Below, in pieces: positions 43,891 through 57,486 of a DNA stretch of 64,000 bases. Origin of the DNA: Prorocentrum cordatum. Lineage: Eukaryota. Position 1 is the first letter of the stretch. Each line of letters begins with the position of its first letter. Made by a program: the position numbers and the translations under genes. The notes under the pieces are model-generated. The model made no database searches, was not told the DNA's origin, and saw nothing but the letters and a program-made list of their open reading frames with translations. The DNA is taken from NCBI GenBank assembly GCA_963575745.1, contig CAUYUJ010000225.1:1178001-1242000 (forward strand). Reading direction: 5' to 3'.

Positions 43891-44053
43891 AAGATCAACG
43901 TCGACCAATACTGGGTCGCCGGCGGCGTTCAACTTCGAACGCCGGCGCTGGGGTCGCCGCCGGTCGGCTCGACGCGAACCTACCGTACCATTCCTCGTGC
44001 CCTCGTCGTCCTCGTGTCCAGACCCTCCTGGCTCAGGGCCGAGTCCTTGCTGG

Positions 44054-44219
44054 ACTACCTACCAGACCACCCCAACCCAACCCGAAGACCCGAATTTCGG
44101 GTTGGGGGGGGGGTACGGGTTTCATGTGTGCTTCTTCCATGCTCCCTGACCCCCCCCCACCGGAAATGGAGGGCAAGACGGAGCCTTCGGGTTGGGTCGG
44201 GGTGGTCTGGAGGGCGGTG
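44054..44219. mobile_element. MITE family B, copy 2
   Basis: Same TIRs and interior as 14518-14682. Confidence 0.8.
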
Positions 44220-44441
44220 CCTGCCGACAAGGAACGGGCCCGGGGAGCCACGAGCCCGCTCCGACCGAGGCCGAGCCGAGCGGCCCCTGCTGCCAGCGCG
44301 CCCCCGCCGCAGCCCCCCCCCGGAGGCTGGCAGCGAAGACCGCCAGAGCGCACGCCCGCTGGAGGGCCGGCGCAGGCACGCGCGCGCACGGGCGCGAAGA
44401 CATCGGAGGCCGTCCGACCCGCGCGCTGCCCGAGGGGACTC

Positions 44442-44616
44442 CAGATGGGGGCCCGACCACGAGAAACCTTCCATAGGAAACCCCACCCTGAGACCCCAGG
44501 ACGTCCACTGATTTTTGGTGGGAGCGTCACGCTTCCCATCGCAGAACTATCGGAACCCAAGAAACCCAAGGCACCCTGGAGGCAAGCAAGGTGTTTCTTG
44601 GCATGGGCCCCCACTG
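44442..44616 (+). mobile_element. MITE family A, copy 4
   Basis: CAGATGGGGGCCC ... GGGCCCCCACTG-TA with the shared core. Confidence 0.85.
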
Positions 44617-44732
44617 TACGAGAACGGCCTGCGTCCTGCGCGGCGCTGCGGGCGTCTTCTCCGAGCTGCTGGGCGGCCCGCGCGGCTCGCGCCAGAGCCG
44701 GGGAGCGGCTCGCCCGCGCGCGCGGTCGGCCC

Positions 44733-44771
<39 letters not shown>

Positions 44772-44774
44772 GAT

Positions 44775-44820
<46 letters not shown>

Positions 44821-45049
44821 TCGTCGTCGTCGGCCTCGTGGAGCGTCCCGCCGCTCCGCTCCACGAGAACCGGGCGTGCCCCGACCCCGAAGCCACCCGA
44901 CCACACGCGCGGGTCACGGCGCAGCTCGCTGCGCTCGGCCCGGCAGGGCGAGCGCGCCGCTCTCAGAGCGGGGCGCCCCGCTCCAGCGCGGCGATCTTCT
45001 GGGACTGGCTCTGCAGGATCTCCAGCAGGCCTCGCGCCACGCGGGGCGA

Positions 45050-45551
45050 CGACGATGACGATTACGATGACGTTATCATCATCGTGTCATCGTGTCATCG
45101 TGTCATCGTCATCATCACTGTCATCGTCATCATCATCGTCATCGTCGTCATCTGTCGTTAACATCACCATCGCCATCGCCATCATCACCATCACCATGAC
45201 TATCACCATCACTATCACTGTCACCATCACCATCATCAACATCATCAGCAGCAGCAACATCATCATCATCATCACCACCATCATCAGCATCATCACCATC
45301 ACCATCATCACCATCACCTTCACCATCATTATTTGCATCAGCATCAGCATCAACATCAGCGCCATCACCATCATCATAATAATCACCAGCATCATCATCA
45401 GCATCATCAGCATCAGCATCAGCATCAGCATCACGACCATCACCATCATCACCATCACCACCACCACCACCACCACCTTGACCATCACCATCACCATCAC
45501 CACCATCACCATCAGCATCAGCATCAGCATCAGCATCAGCATCAGCATCAG

Positions 45552-45594
<43 letters not shown>

Positions 45595-45671
45595 GCCATC
45601 GCCATCGCCATCACCATCACCATCACCATCACCATCACCATCACCATCACCATCACCATCACCATCACCAT

Positions 45672-45730
<59 letters not shown>

Positions 45731-45805
45731 GCATCAGCATCAGCATCAGCATCAGCATCAGCATCAGCATCAGCATCAGCATCATCATCATCATCATCAT
45801 CGTCA
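45050..45805. repeat. (CAT/CAC/CAG)n microsatellite
   Basis: Directly visible. Confidence 0.95.
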
Positions 45806-46350
45806 ATATCGAGGGGGCCAGGATTTTGGACAGCCAAGTTGTTGTTGAAGCCAATGGCCTGCCAGCGCTGCAGCTAGCAGAATATTGGTAAGCATCTAAA
45901 CAGTTCTGCGCGGGCACCAGGTCAGCAAATACAGTGGCAGTGACAAGGACCCAAGGGTGAGGGAGGAGACCGTCCCCAGCTTCGGGCCTTCGCAGGGGGT
46001 TCCAGCATGCTTACTTTCACACAGCGCCCTTGAGCGCAAGAATTCAGGGTGCAGATGGGGGCACAAAGAGGGGGTTCGAGAAAGACCCCCTCATCATGGC
46101 TCTGGCGTTGATTTCTACAAACGAAACACCCCAAAAGGGCGAGCGAAAAACTCAATGCACTTCACGTGGACATTTTCAAGTCTCATTTCCCGAGTGACAG
46201 AAATCCGCCAGAAATTCACAACAATATCCAGAACGAAATTCAGAGAAGATCCGGGGTTCTTCTTTACGTTTCCGATCGAAATCTGCACTGCGAAATTGGC
46301 GCAATGACCCTCATCATCACCATCACCATCACCATAATCGCCATCACCAC

Positions 46351-46415
<65 letters not shown>

Positions 46416-46828
46416 CCACCATCACCACCACCACCACCATTTGCTGTGCGAAGTTGGCGCAATGATCCTTCCCCCCAACTCGCGAGAAACAGCCAGGATG
46501 GCCCTCAATGCCTGCCCTTTCAGGTGCCAGCAAAGGGGCCGCACCGGTTGCTCGACACTTGTGCGCTGCAGGTGGCCCCCGAGAAGATGGAGGGGCCGCC
46601 ATGCCCCGCAGCGGATGAGGGAGAGGGAAGGGAAGCTCGGGAGGGGCAAGGAAGGGGGAGGAGGAGGAGGAGGAGGAGGAGGAGGAGGAGAAGGAGGAGA
46701 AAAAGAAAAACAAGTGAGGAGAAAGGTTACGGAAGGACTTGGAGAGGATGAGCGAAAGAGGGGGGTCGGAGGCAAAACAACAAAACATGGAGGAAAACAG
46801 AAAGAGGGGAAATGCGAGGAAAGTGGAT

Positions 46829-46860
<32 letters not shown>

Positions 46861-47989
46861 CACACACACACACACACGTACACACACCACACACAAAACA
46901 AGAACAGAGAGAGCGAGAGATAAAGAGAGAAGACAAGAGAGAGAGAGAAAGAGATAGAGCGATAGAGAGAGAGAGGGAAAGAGAGAAGCGGAGAGAAGAG
47001 AAAAGGTAAGAGGACGGCGGGGCGACGGGGGGAGGAGAGAGAAGGGACGAGTGAACGAGGGGAGACTGAGAGCGAGGAGAAGAAGTGAAACAACTAATTC
47101 GATATGGACTACGCTGGCGGGCTCCACTTGTCACCCATCAGTCCCCCCTCGCCCCTCGCACATCATCTCTCCTTCACCTTCACTCATCGCTCATCCTTCC
47201 TCCCTCCTCCTCCTCCTCCTTCTCCTCCTGCTCCTCCTCTTGTTCTTCCTCCTCCTCCTCCTCAAATTCATCCTCCTCCCTTTCTCGAATACCCTTCTCC
47301 GTCCTGCCCATTAGCCGTTCTGGCCTGGGCAATGTGAGTGGCAGTGTGGGCTTACAACGGCGAGCTTCAGAAAAGCTGCTCTGCTGCGGGCTACAGTGGC
47401 TCGGCTTCCGCACTCAGACAGGCCAGAAGACCTCATCCTGTAACTTACGTTTGCGAGTTTCTGATACCGCGCCCGCCCAAAACACTGATTCGCACTGAAG
47501 TACCCGCGCGTGGGCGCGCTGGGGAAAGCCCAGCGATCAGCGCCACCGCGGCCGCGGTAGTCGCGCCAGGCTAGCTGGCTGGCCGCTCTGTGCGCGAGCC
47601 TGCGCGCGCCAGCGCGGCCGCAGCGACGCGCCAGCCAGCGCCAAGCACTCATCGCAACCGCCGCCGCATTGGGCTTCGCAAACCAAGAGGGTGGGTGGGA
47701 CGATTGCGCGAACACTGGGGCTGGCAGCTTCAAGTCTGGCAGGGCGAATTGCGCCACCTAGATTGCACTGCACATCGTGCTCCACATGTATTGCATCGCC
47801 TGCACTCTCCTGAAACAAAAATTAAGATCCCCCCCGGCTTTATCGGTCCACCTTTTCGCATTGCAATTTACATGCGATTCTGCCCCATCAGAGCACCCTC
47901 ATGTCAAGTATATCAATTTACGATGTTTTACGTATCGTCATGCCTGGGACGGCAACCGCGCCACGCGACCGCCCCGCCCGCGGGGGTGG

Positions 47990-48520
47990 GGGGCAAACAA
48001 CCCCAACGTACCCTGAATGCCTGTCAGATTCTCGGGCTCGCGGGGGGGGGGCGCCCCGAATGCGCCAGAGCCCCTGTCACACTGAGAAGCCCCCGCGAGC
48101 TCGCGCGGGAGGAACACATGGAACAGCGGGCGAAGAGACCTAAGGTACCCTGTATGCCTGTCAATTTCTTGAGCTCTCGGGCGCGCGCCCTGAATTCGCC
48201 CGGGACCCCATGCCAGACTGACGAGCCCCCGCGAGCGCATGCGCTGCGCGGGAGGAACAGACGGAGTGGTGGGCGAAGTAATCCAAGGTATCGTGAATGC
48301 TGGTCAATTTCTTTAGCGTCCGGGCATGCGCCCCGAAATGCGCCAGCGCCCCCATGCCAGACGGGCGAGCGCGCGCGAATGGATGGGCAATGCGGGACGA
48401 ACAACCCGAGTGGCGGGCGAAATAACCCAAGGCACCACGAATGCCCAGAAGTTTTTTGGAGTCTCGGGCGCGCGCTCCGAAACGCACCGACGCCCAAGAA
48501 ACCCAAGGTGTCCTGTAATT
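47990..48520. repeat. Degenerate ~140-bp tandem repeat (~4 units)
   Basis: Recurring GCGCCCCGAA..GCGCC..CCCCATGCCAGAC and CCAAGG(T/C)A..TG(A/T)ATGC blocks. Confidence 0.5.
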
Positions 48521-51500
48521 TGCAGTTTCTTCGAGATTGCTACAACCGTCCACGCCGAACTCAAGCCGAAGGAACCCAGGGCATCCTGACGAAGCATACT
48601 GTATTTCTTGCCATGCGGTCCGACTGTACTACTACAGCTAGCACCTTCACCTCACTGCTCACGTCTTCGATTGCAAGTGCGACGGCGAATACTTCTGCGA
48701 TCGCCAATGATACTCTGACGCTACTTTGTGTATTCCTGATGATTCTACGGGCGCGACGATAAATCAATAAGACCGCAGAGTTGTGTTGTGGGTTAAGTTT
48801 GGAGCCACCTTTCTTTGCGTAGATCTAGTTTAGTTTATTAGTCAACGAGGTTTGCAAGGAAATGCGGACTGGTGCAACTCCCATGTCGCGATCTCATCAG
48901 TACGTAGCAGTACTACTGTCTGAAGCACTCGCGCAAAGCAAGGCAGCCGCCTGCAGCGCCTGCGTTGTCCTGGCCCTTCCACTCCACAGCGAAGTTCTGC
49001 CGCGCGCCAGACCACTCTGGCGAGGGGCCTGGCTCCTTAGAAGAACAGCGCACAACAACGCGCAGAACTCAAGACTCAGTGGCCCAACGGGCCAACGGCG
49101 TGCTGGCAGCTCCTGTAAGACGTTCAACATACTTCCATATTTCTGGTTTGCGCGCCGCGCGTGGCAGTCCTGGGGGGTCCCTGGAGTAATAATACAATCG
49201 GACCTAGGACAGAAGAAAATCCTTCAAGAACACGAGACCCTCCGCTGGCCAAAACACACAGAACATCCGAGGGTACCCTCCCCACGATGGACAAGAGCAT
49301 CCAACAGACACGAAGAACATCAGGGTACCCCGAACCGACCTCGAACTTGTCTACCTCGGTCCGACTGTACCCCGGCAATGCACTGGGCAGGTTTTCGAGA
49401 TGAGCTACTCCTGAGCGCGGCCCTCGGAACCCCCGAGGCAGCACCAGGAGCGCCCCGAGGGAGGCCTGTGCGCGCCCCTCGAGGTCCCCGGGAGAGACCC
49501 ACGAGTGAGGACTGATCGGTGGCAGGCCACAAACTGGTCCCGAAAAAAGTCCAGGAAACCCCCAAGAGATGGACCAGAAAACACACGACACCACCACACC
49601 TACGGCCCCACGGGTTAGCGTGTGTCAACAAATCCGGCGTGCGATTATGCCTGGTATACGCTACGGCCCCCCATGGGCCGTAGCGCAACATGGAGGGCCG
49701 TAGGTGGGGTGGTGTCGTTGGTTTTGTGGTCGAAGACAGCGTCAACGCGGCCCAGGATGGTCCAAGGCAGCCTTCAAGAGGCCCCCAAGGGGTTGACATG
49801 TGTAAAAACACACACACACACGTTTCTCAAGGACGTTGGCTTTCTAGCACTTTCGCTTCCGATGGGATTCCGAGGCGTCCGGGTGGCTCCAAGATCGCCC
49901 CAGACAGCTCCAACTGTAGCACAAAGAGCTCCAAGTGAGTGCACAACATCCTTAAAGGGCGCCCCAAGAGGCGACCAAGAGAGCCCCAAGAGCGGGGATT
50001 GATGGGTCGTTGGCCTGACGATGAAGACTAACAAGCAGCAATTATGCCAATTATAGCCTCGAGGTGGCCCTGGGTGCCACAAAGAGCTCCGCAAGAGGCC
50101 AAAATCGTTCAAGCACACATCATTGTTACATGCTTTCCTTTTCTCGATTCATCCCTTCTGGTTGGCTATGGGGCCTCAAGATGATTCCATTATCGCCCAA
50201 GATGACTCAAGCGAAGCTCAGCAGAGTTCGAGGAGAGGTCCCAACACTACCAGGAGCACCCGAATGAGTGCCCCAAGAGGGGCCGAGGGTGGGGATCAAT
50301 GGGTGAAGCCCGACGATGCAGAGCCTAATAAGAAACACAAAGAAGAGGGAAGAGTGGGCCAAGGTCCTGTGGAAGCCCTGTGGCCGTCAAGCTGTCCCTG
50401 GCGAGGCCCAGAGAGGCCCTGTAGGCTCCAAAATGGCCCGGAGCTGGAGAAGTCATGTACCAGGGACACTTGTGCCTGTGCCGTCCAAGCCTCCGTGGAA
50501 GCGCTGGGCTGTGAGACTTGCTGAACTACTGCCTGGTTGGTGTACAATGTCTGATGTCTCTTGGCCTGTCATTTCGTTCCCGCCCCTTGCCTCTCAAGTT
50601 GTGCCTCGCATTCGCTTACGGAAGAGGGTTGCCACAGCGTCAAAAGAAACCACCCATTGGGGGGATCCCTCAGCCCCCTAGCCGCTAGGTTGCTTCAGTA
50701 TGCCCACAGTGACGCCACTAGACGACCAAGAGTGCTCCAGCGGACCCCAAGATGCAACCCCGAGGCCGCGAAGAGGGAGAGCCCAACATGGCCCGTGATG
50801 GCATCGAGCGGGTCTCAGAAAGCCTCAAGAGTTCGCCAATATTGCAGAACACGGCAGAATGTGGCCTCTGCGACCGCCGAAGATCGCTCACGGCTAACAG
50901 ATGTCCCCACCATGTCCCGATATGGCACACTAAGGCTCTAAGATGACTTCCAGAGGCCTCACGATGCCCCTTCAAGGCGTCAAAATGCCCTAGCAAGGCC
51001 CCAACAACGCTCCTAGATTACATCAACGTGTCCACCAAAGGTTCATGTTGGGAGGTCGGCAAAAGGATCAGCCCCTCTGAAAATTAGCCTGGCGAAGGAC
51101 CCAACCATATGCAGTTGCGAATACCGCGATTGTGGATATCATCTTCGCTCGCGCGGCCTATGGGGCCACGAACCGTGCGAGGGGGCGTGCCGAAATTCAT
51201 GGCGGGGTCCCCAATACGAACAAAGACGATCGCTATGAGTGCGCGAGACTGAGACCGCGTGAGCCTGAGCGCGAGTAAGTATGATTGTGAATGTGTCTGC
51301 GTGCGAATCAGTCTACGTGCATCAATGTCGACGCCCACGTCGGCACGCCCCTCACGAGGATCGCGCCCGTTTCCTTCCCCTTCTTTTTCTGCCTCTTTGC
51401 CCGCGCACTCCGATGTCCATGGCCGCGGGCGCGGCGCCGCACTGAGTCCCCGCGACGCACGCTGGTCGCCCCGAAGGGGTCCCGGCGACGCGCGCGGGTC

Positions 51501-51741
51501 GTCCGCTGCGCGGAGCAGAGAGAGTGCTAGCTGGCTGGGTGATAGCGGGCAAGACTGCGGCCGCTGGGCAGAGCGACGACGGGGGCGAGCGAGGCTCTGG
51601 GCAGAGCGCAGCGCGGAATTCCCGCGACGCGCGCTGGTCGCCCCGAGAGGGCCCCAGCGACGCGCGCGGATCGCCCGCGGCGCGAGGCCAAACAGTCAGA
51701 CCGTCGAGAGACGGCGAGTCTCGGGCGGGCCGCTCCTCAGG

Positions 51742-52353
51742 TCAAGCCTCGCGGATAAACTCGGTGAAGCCCATCTCCCTGGCGAGGGCCGTCGCCTCCC
51801 TTCTGCACCGCTTCGTGCTCGCCGCAGACTGCTCCAGCTGCTTCCGCAAGCCCTCCGGCGGCCCTGCCAGGAAGAACTCGATGCGCGGCGCCCGCATGAG
51901 CAGGAGGTCATCGTGGCGCGCGGCGCGCGAGAGCAGGACGTAGAGCTCCAGCCACCTGTCGTCGTCCTCCTTCTTGCCGCTCCCCACCTCGTGGCGGCCG
52001 CAGTCCAGGATCACGCCTGGGCGACGTCGGCCGAGGGAGCAGCGCGCCGGGCAGCCGACGGCCCAGGGCGAGAGTCCACAGACCGAGAGGAGGTCTGGCT
52101 GCGGACTGTTCGCGCCCAGCAGGTCTGGCCGTAAACTGCCCCAGAGCGCTGTTCCCTCGCCCCGTCGCCTTCGCGCATGGTGCGCCCGTGGCACGCCACC
52201 GTGGTGATGACCCTGCCGTGCGAGAAGGGGAAGCCCGTTCGGGTGACCTTGGAGGTGCGAAAGGTGAACGGCTCCGACGTGCGAGGCTCGATGAACACCA
52301 GCTTGCCCGTGAGGTCCCCCGTGAGGCTGTCGTCGTGGCGCTCGAGGTCGTCG
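51742..52353 (-). pseudogene. C-terminal fragment of a Pif1-like (Helitron RepHel-type) SF1 helicase; two exons, 52353-52169 and 52016-51742
   Basis: Spliced translation ...VTRTGFPFSHGRVITTVACHGRTMREG|VILDCGR...WLELYVLLSRAARHDDLLL matches SF1B motif V (R.QFPL..A.T.HK.QG.T) and motif VI (LYV.LSR). The 152-nt intron 52168-52017 reads GC...AG on the minus strand. Confidence 0.75.
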
Positions 52354-53048
52354 TGCGAGTTCCGCCACTGGGACCCTAGGTGGAGCTCCACATGGGGCCA
52401 CGAAGCGTGTGAGGGGTGTGCCAAAATGGGGCGGCGGCGCCATGCGAGTTCCGCCACTGGGACCTTAGGTGGAGCTCCCTATGGGGCCACGAAACGTGTG
52501 AGGGGTGTGCCAAAATGGGGCGGCGGCGCCATGCGAGTTCCGCCACTGGGACCTTAGGTGGAGCTCCCTATGGGGCCACGAAACGTGTGAGGGGTGTGCC
52601 AAAATGGGGCGGCGGCGCCATGCGAGTTCCGCCACTGGGACCTTAGGTGGAGCTCCCTATGGGGCCACGAAACGTGTGAGGGGTGTGCCAAAATGGGGCG
52701 GCGGCGCCATGCGAGTTCCGCCACGGGACCTGGGGTGGAGCTCCCTATGGGGCCACGAAACGTGTGAGGGGTGTGCCAAAATGGGGCGGCGGCGCCATGC
52801 GAGTTTCGCAACTGGGACCTTAGGTGGAGCTCCCTATGGGGCCACGAAACGTGTGAGGGGTGTGCCAAAATGGGGCGGCGGCGCCATGCGAGTTCCGCCA
52901 CTGGGACCTTAGGTGGAGCTCCCTATGGGGCCACGAAACGTGTGAGGGGTGTGCCAAAATGGGGCGGCGGCGCCATGCGAGTTCCGCTACTGGGACCTTA
53001 GGTGGAGCTCCCTATGGGGCCACGAAACGTGTGAGGGGTGTGCCGAAA
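52354..53048. repeat. 89-bp tandem repeat, ~7.8 near-identical copies
   Basis: TGCGAGTTCCGCCACTGGGACCTTAGGTGGAGCTCCCTATGGGGCCACGAAACGTGTGAGGGGTGTGCCAAAATGGGGCGGCGGCGCCA at 52354, 52443, 52532 and onward. Confidence 0.97.
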
Positions 53049-53396
53049 CAGAGACATGCGGAGAGCAAAAACCAGGATGGGGGAGGAGGGAGGAGGGGGA
53101 GGATGATGACGATGATGACGACGACGAAGATGACGATGACGATGACGACGATGATGGTGATGATGATGACGATGATGATGATGACGGGAGAAGGGAGGAG
53201 GGGGGACGAGGAGGAGAGGAGAGGAGGACGCGGGGCACCGTCTCTTCAAAACGAGGACCCAACACCACAGGATGGTTGGGAAAAAAACACCACTTGCCAA
53301 CTCGCGCGTCAACAACAATGAGTTGACACTTGTCTTCGTGGCGGGTAACATATCAACGCGCACCTGACTGCTTCCCCCTCCTCACACGTCTTCCTA

Positions 53397-53574
53397 CGCT
53401 GGGGGCCCGACCACAAGAAACCTTCCAAGAGAAACCCAACCTTGAGACCCCATGGCGTCCACTGATTTTTTGGTGTGGGAACGTCACGCTTCCTATAACA
53501 AAACCCTCGAAACCCAAGAAACCCAAAGCACCCTGGAAGCAAACAAGGTGCTTCTCGGCATGGGTCTCCTCTTG
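53397..53574 (+). mobile_element. MITE family A, copy 5 (decayed termini)
   Basis: TA-CGCTGGGGGCCCGACC...GGCATGGGTCTCC with the shared core. Confidence 0.75.
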
Positions 53575-53994
53575 AGCCGCGTCCGGCCGTGGCCACAGGC
53601 TCCGCCACCGTGTACCCCCCCTGGCGCGTGGAGGCGTGGCAGAATGCCAAGTACTGCCTGGCAAGGTTTTTGCATTCTACTCAGGGCTCACCCTCCTCTC
53701 GGCCCGCATCTCCCCATCACCTGGGCGACTTCAACGTAGGACCCCTGGGGGCCGATCCGGAAGGAAAGAACTTCTGGGGGCGCCCAGGAACCCAGGGGGT
53801 CCAGCTTCCGCGGAGGAAAAACAAATCCCTGCCGAGGGGCTCGAGCATGGGGGTTAACCCCCCCTGAAATTCCGGAAGAAGAATGAACTCTGAGCCGCGG
53901 GGGTGCCCGCTCGAGGGGTCACGCCCCCCCAGCGCAGCCAGAGGAGGAAAAGCGTGAGAGCCCAGACTGGAAGTGCAATGCAGCAACACTCTAA

Positions 53995-54430
53995 TAGTGG
54001 TTGTACTAGGGAGTTGTACTAGCACTAGGGAGTTGTACCAGGGAGTCATACTGGGAGTTGTCCTAGGGAGTTGGACTAGTACTAGGGATTTGCACAGGGA
54101 GTCGCACTAAGGGAGTTGCACCAAATAATTGTGCTGGTGAGTTGCACCAAAGAGTTATACTGCTACTAAGAAGTTGTACTACGGAATTGTGATAGAAATT
54201 GTACTATGACTCAGGAGTTGTACCGGTGAGCTGTACTAGGGACTTGTACTAGTGAGTTGTACTAGCACTCGGGAATTGTAGGGAGTTGTGTCAGAGAGAT
54301 TTCCTAGTACTACTTGTACTAGGGGAAATTGTACCAGGGAGTTCTACAACTACTAGGGAGTTGTACTAGGGAGTTGTACTAGGGGTGCACAGTTCTATGA
54401 ATTGCAATATGACTCCAATTGTACTTGAAT
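53995..54430. repeat. Degenerate ~13-bp (TAGGGAGTTGTAC)n satellite
   Basis: Directly visible. Confidence 0.8.
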
Positions 54431-55389
54431 ACGTCTACGGCAGGACAATGTGCTCTCTAAGAGCATCTGCGCGCTAATACATGATAGTACCACTTGTACT
54501 CAAGTACTAGTTGTACGGTAGTCGGAAAAGTTCAGGGGTTTCAATGGCAACACGTGCGCGGAATAAGGAAGCAAATCCATTCGCCGCCAAAGGTCCTGGG
54601 CTTGACGGGTCGCCGCGAAGGTTGACCACCCGCAGACGAAATAACAGAAATCCGGCTGGGGGTTTGGGGGGTTCAGGCACGAGTCGCGGGGGCGATCCGC
54701 TCCCCTCCCGAGGCCACGATCCCCGTAAAAAAAACGATGGGTCCGCGCTCCCGAGGCCACGACCCCGTTAAAACAAACCATGGATCCTTCCGAGCTTCTA
54801 AGACGGCCCATGCAGGCAACCAAGTGCACCAAGATGGCCCAAGATGCCTCGAAGATGGCCCAAGATGGCCCCGAGGCAGCCCAATATGGCCTCACGACGG
54901 CCCAATATTTCAAGTGGACCACCAAAGGACCTCCAGCAGGGCCCGAAGAAACCGAAATCAGTGATCCCCTCGGGTTTCTGAATGATGTTCGCATTCTCGC
55001 CTTTCGGGATTCCATCAGCTCAAGACGGCCCAAGCAGCCTCCACGATGGCCCCAAGACGGCCCAAGAGGCCCCCAAGAGGTTCCAAAGATAGCCCAAGAG
55101 GTCCCAGGATGGTCCCAGCGGCATCCAAGACGGTATCCCGTGGGACCCACAACGGCCTTAGAAAGACTTTCGACGGCCCCCAGACACCCACCAGACGGAC
55201 AAAAGGGCCCCAAGACAGCCCACGAGAGCCCCAAGACGGCGTAAGAGCGCCCCAAGATAGCCCAAGAGGGCCCAGAAGGACACCCAAGACTGCCTTATAG
55301 GAGGCCAAGACAGCCCCAAGACGGCCCAAACGAGTTCCACGAGAGCTCCTCAGATATTGAAGCCGAAAGGTGTCGCATGTGACGGTGTT

Positions 55390-55763
55390 CCTCTTCCTCC
55401 TCCTCCTCCTCCTCCTCCTCCTCCTGCTACTCCTCCCCCTCCTCCTCCTCCTCCTCCTCGTCGTCATCATTACCACCACCATCATCAGCAGTATCACAAC
55501 CACCATCATCCTCATCCTCATCCTCATCCTCATCATCATCCCCCTCATCCTCATGCCCCTCATCGTCGTCGTCGTCGTCGTCGTGATCGTGGTCGTGGTC
55601 GTTGTGGTGGTGGTGGTCGTTGTCGTCGTCGTCGTCATCGTCTTCGTCATCGTCGTCATGATCAACAACAGCATCCCCCACCCCCCCACCACCACAAGCA
55701 CCACCACCACCACCATCATCCTTATCCTCATCCTCATCCTCCTCCTCCTCATCATCACCACCG

Positions 55764-55817
<54 letters not shown>

Positions 55818-56323
55818 CCGTCATCATCATCATTATCATCATCACCATCATTTCATGATCATCATGACCGTCAACATCAGCCCCACCATCATCACCCCCA
55901 CCACCATCATCGTCACCCCCACCATCATCAGCAACATCAGCATCACCATCAGCATCATAATAATCAGCATCTTCATCAGCAGCATCGGCATCATCATTAT
56001 CAGCAGCATCACCATCATCGTCATCATCATCATCATCATCGTTTTCATCCTCATCATCACCATCATCATTATCATCACCACCACCACCATCACCATCACC
56101 ATCATCACCACCACCATCATTACCATTACCATCATTTCAGCATCAGCATCAGCATCACCATTATCATCACCACCATCATCATCAGCATCATCATCACCAT
56201 CATCAGCATCAACACCACCATCATCACCACCACAGCCACCACCACCACCATCATCAGCAGCAGCAACACCACCACAATCATGACCAACATCATCATCACC
56301 ACCACTACCGCCACCACCACAAC

Positions 56324-56355
<32 letters not shown>

Positions 56356-56525
56356 GCATCAGGATGATGATGATACTATTGACTAATATTGGCGTAAATT
56401 GCACTATGAATATTATTTCTATTTCTATAGTTATCATCGTTCCCACCATCATCAATACCATCTTCATCAACAACAACAGCATCATCATCATCAACATCAT
56501 GATCCTTACCCGCATCCTCATCACG
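55390..56525. repeat. (CCT)n/(CAT)n microsatellite
   Basis: Directly visible. Confidence 0.95.
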
Positions 56526-57486
56526 ACTCTCCCACCCTCGAAAAGTCGCCACTAAGAATGCTGGGCTGGACGAGCTGCAGGTAGCTGGATATACCCACCT
56601 TGAGAATAGCAAAATCGAACAGATCACGTGCAAGGACTACAACCAGGGGCGACGCAAAGCCCTCTGCCTTCTCCTTCAACGCCTCTTTCACCTCCTCCTC
56701 CTCCTTCCTCCTCCGCCTACCCTCCTCCTCTTCCTCCACGTCCTTTCGGTTCCTCCTCCGTCCCTCCTCCTCCTCCTCCTCCTCCTCCTTCTCCTGCCAC
56801 CTCTGTCAAGCTGCGCCAGGAAGCGCGCCCCCCGTCGGTGGGGCAAGATGAACGAGCGGCTGGGCCGCGCGCGTCGCTGACCGGCGAAGTCCAGACCTGG
56901 GGCCCGCGATTCAGGGCCGCGGGGTTGAAATAGCCGCATGCCGTCTGCTCCTCCTGCTGCTCGTCCCCAACCCTCCTTATCCAACTCATTCTCTTTGATC
57001 TATGATCGTTGGAACCGTACGCGTAAACGAAATCCGTCAAAGCGAAGCCGCGCGACAATGAGCGCGCAGGATGCAGCATTGGACTGCCAGCACTGCCAGG
57101 GGAAGACAAGACGCAAATCTACTCCAAAAACTTGTGCAAAGCACGATGAAAGTAAGAGGGGTGGGGAACTATAACGTTGAGGCTAGCTTCAAGGGTGGAT
57201 CATAACTACCTCCAGGGTGAACATGGACAAATCGATGTTGATGTTTAAGACCCTCTGGGCAGATTGCGCTGGGACGAGATGCGACACACCCAACACAAGC
57301 TTCGGCATCATGCAAGACCGACCGGGGCTGAAACCGTGCGGTGGCATCTCCAAACGCAAGCCACTCACCCTCAAGAGAGCTCCGAAGACGGCCCCCAGAC
57401 TCCCAAAAGGCCCTCCAGACGCACCCCAGAAACTTTCAAGAGGCCCCCAACAGGCAGGGCTGGCTGGAAGACGCGACGCGTCACAC

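Noticed and set aside
47590..48762. 390-aa ORF
   Set aside because: Largely spans a degenerate tandem repeat; no domain signal.
52354..53048. CRISPR-like array (also considered for 31150-32430 and 16092-16682)
   Set aside because: Whole units are repeated with no unique spacers, there are no cas genes, and the context is eukaryotic.
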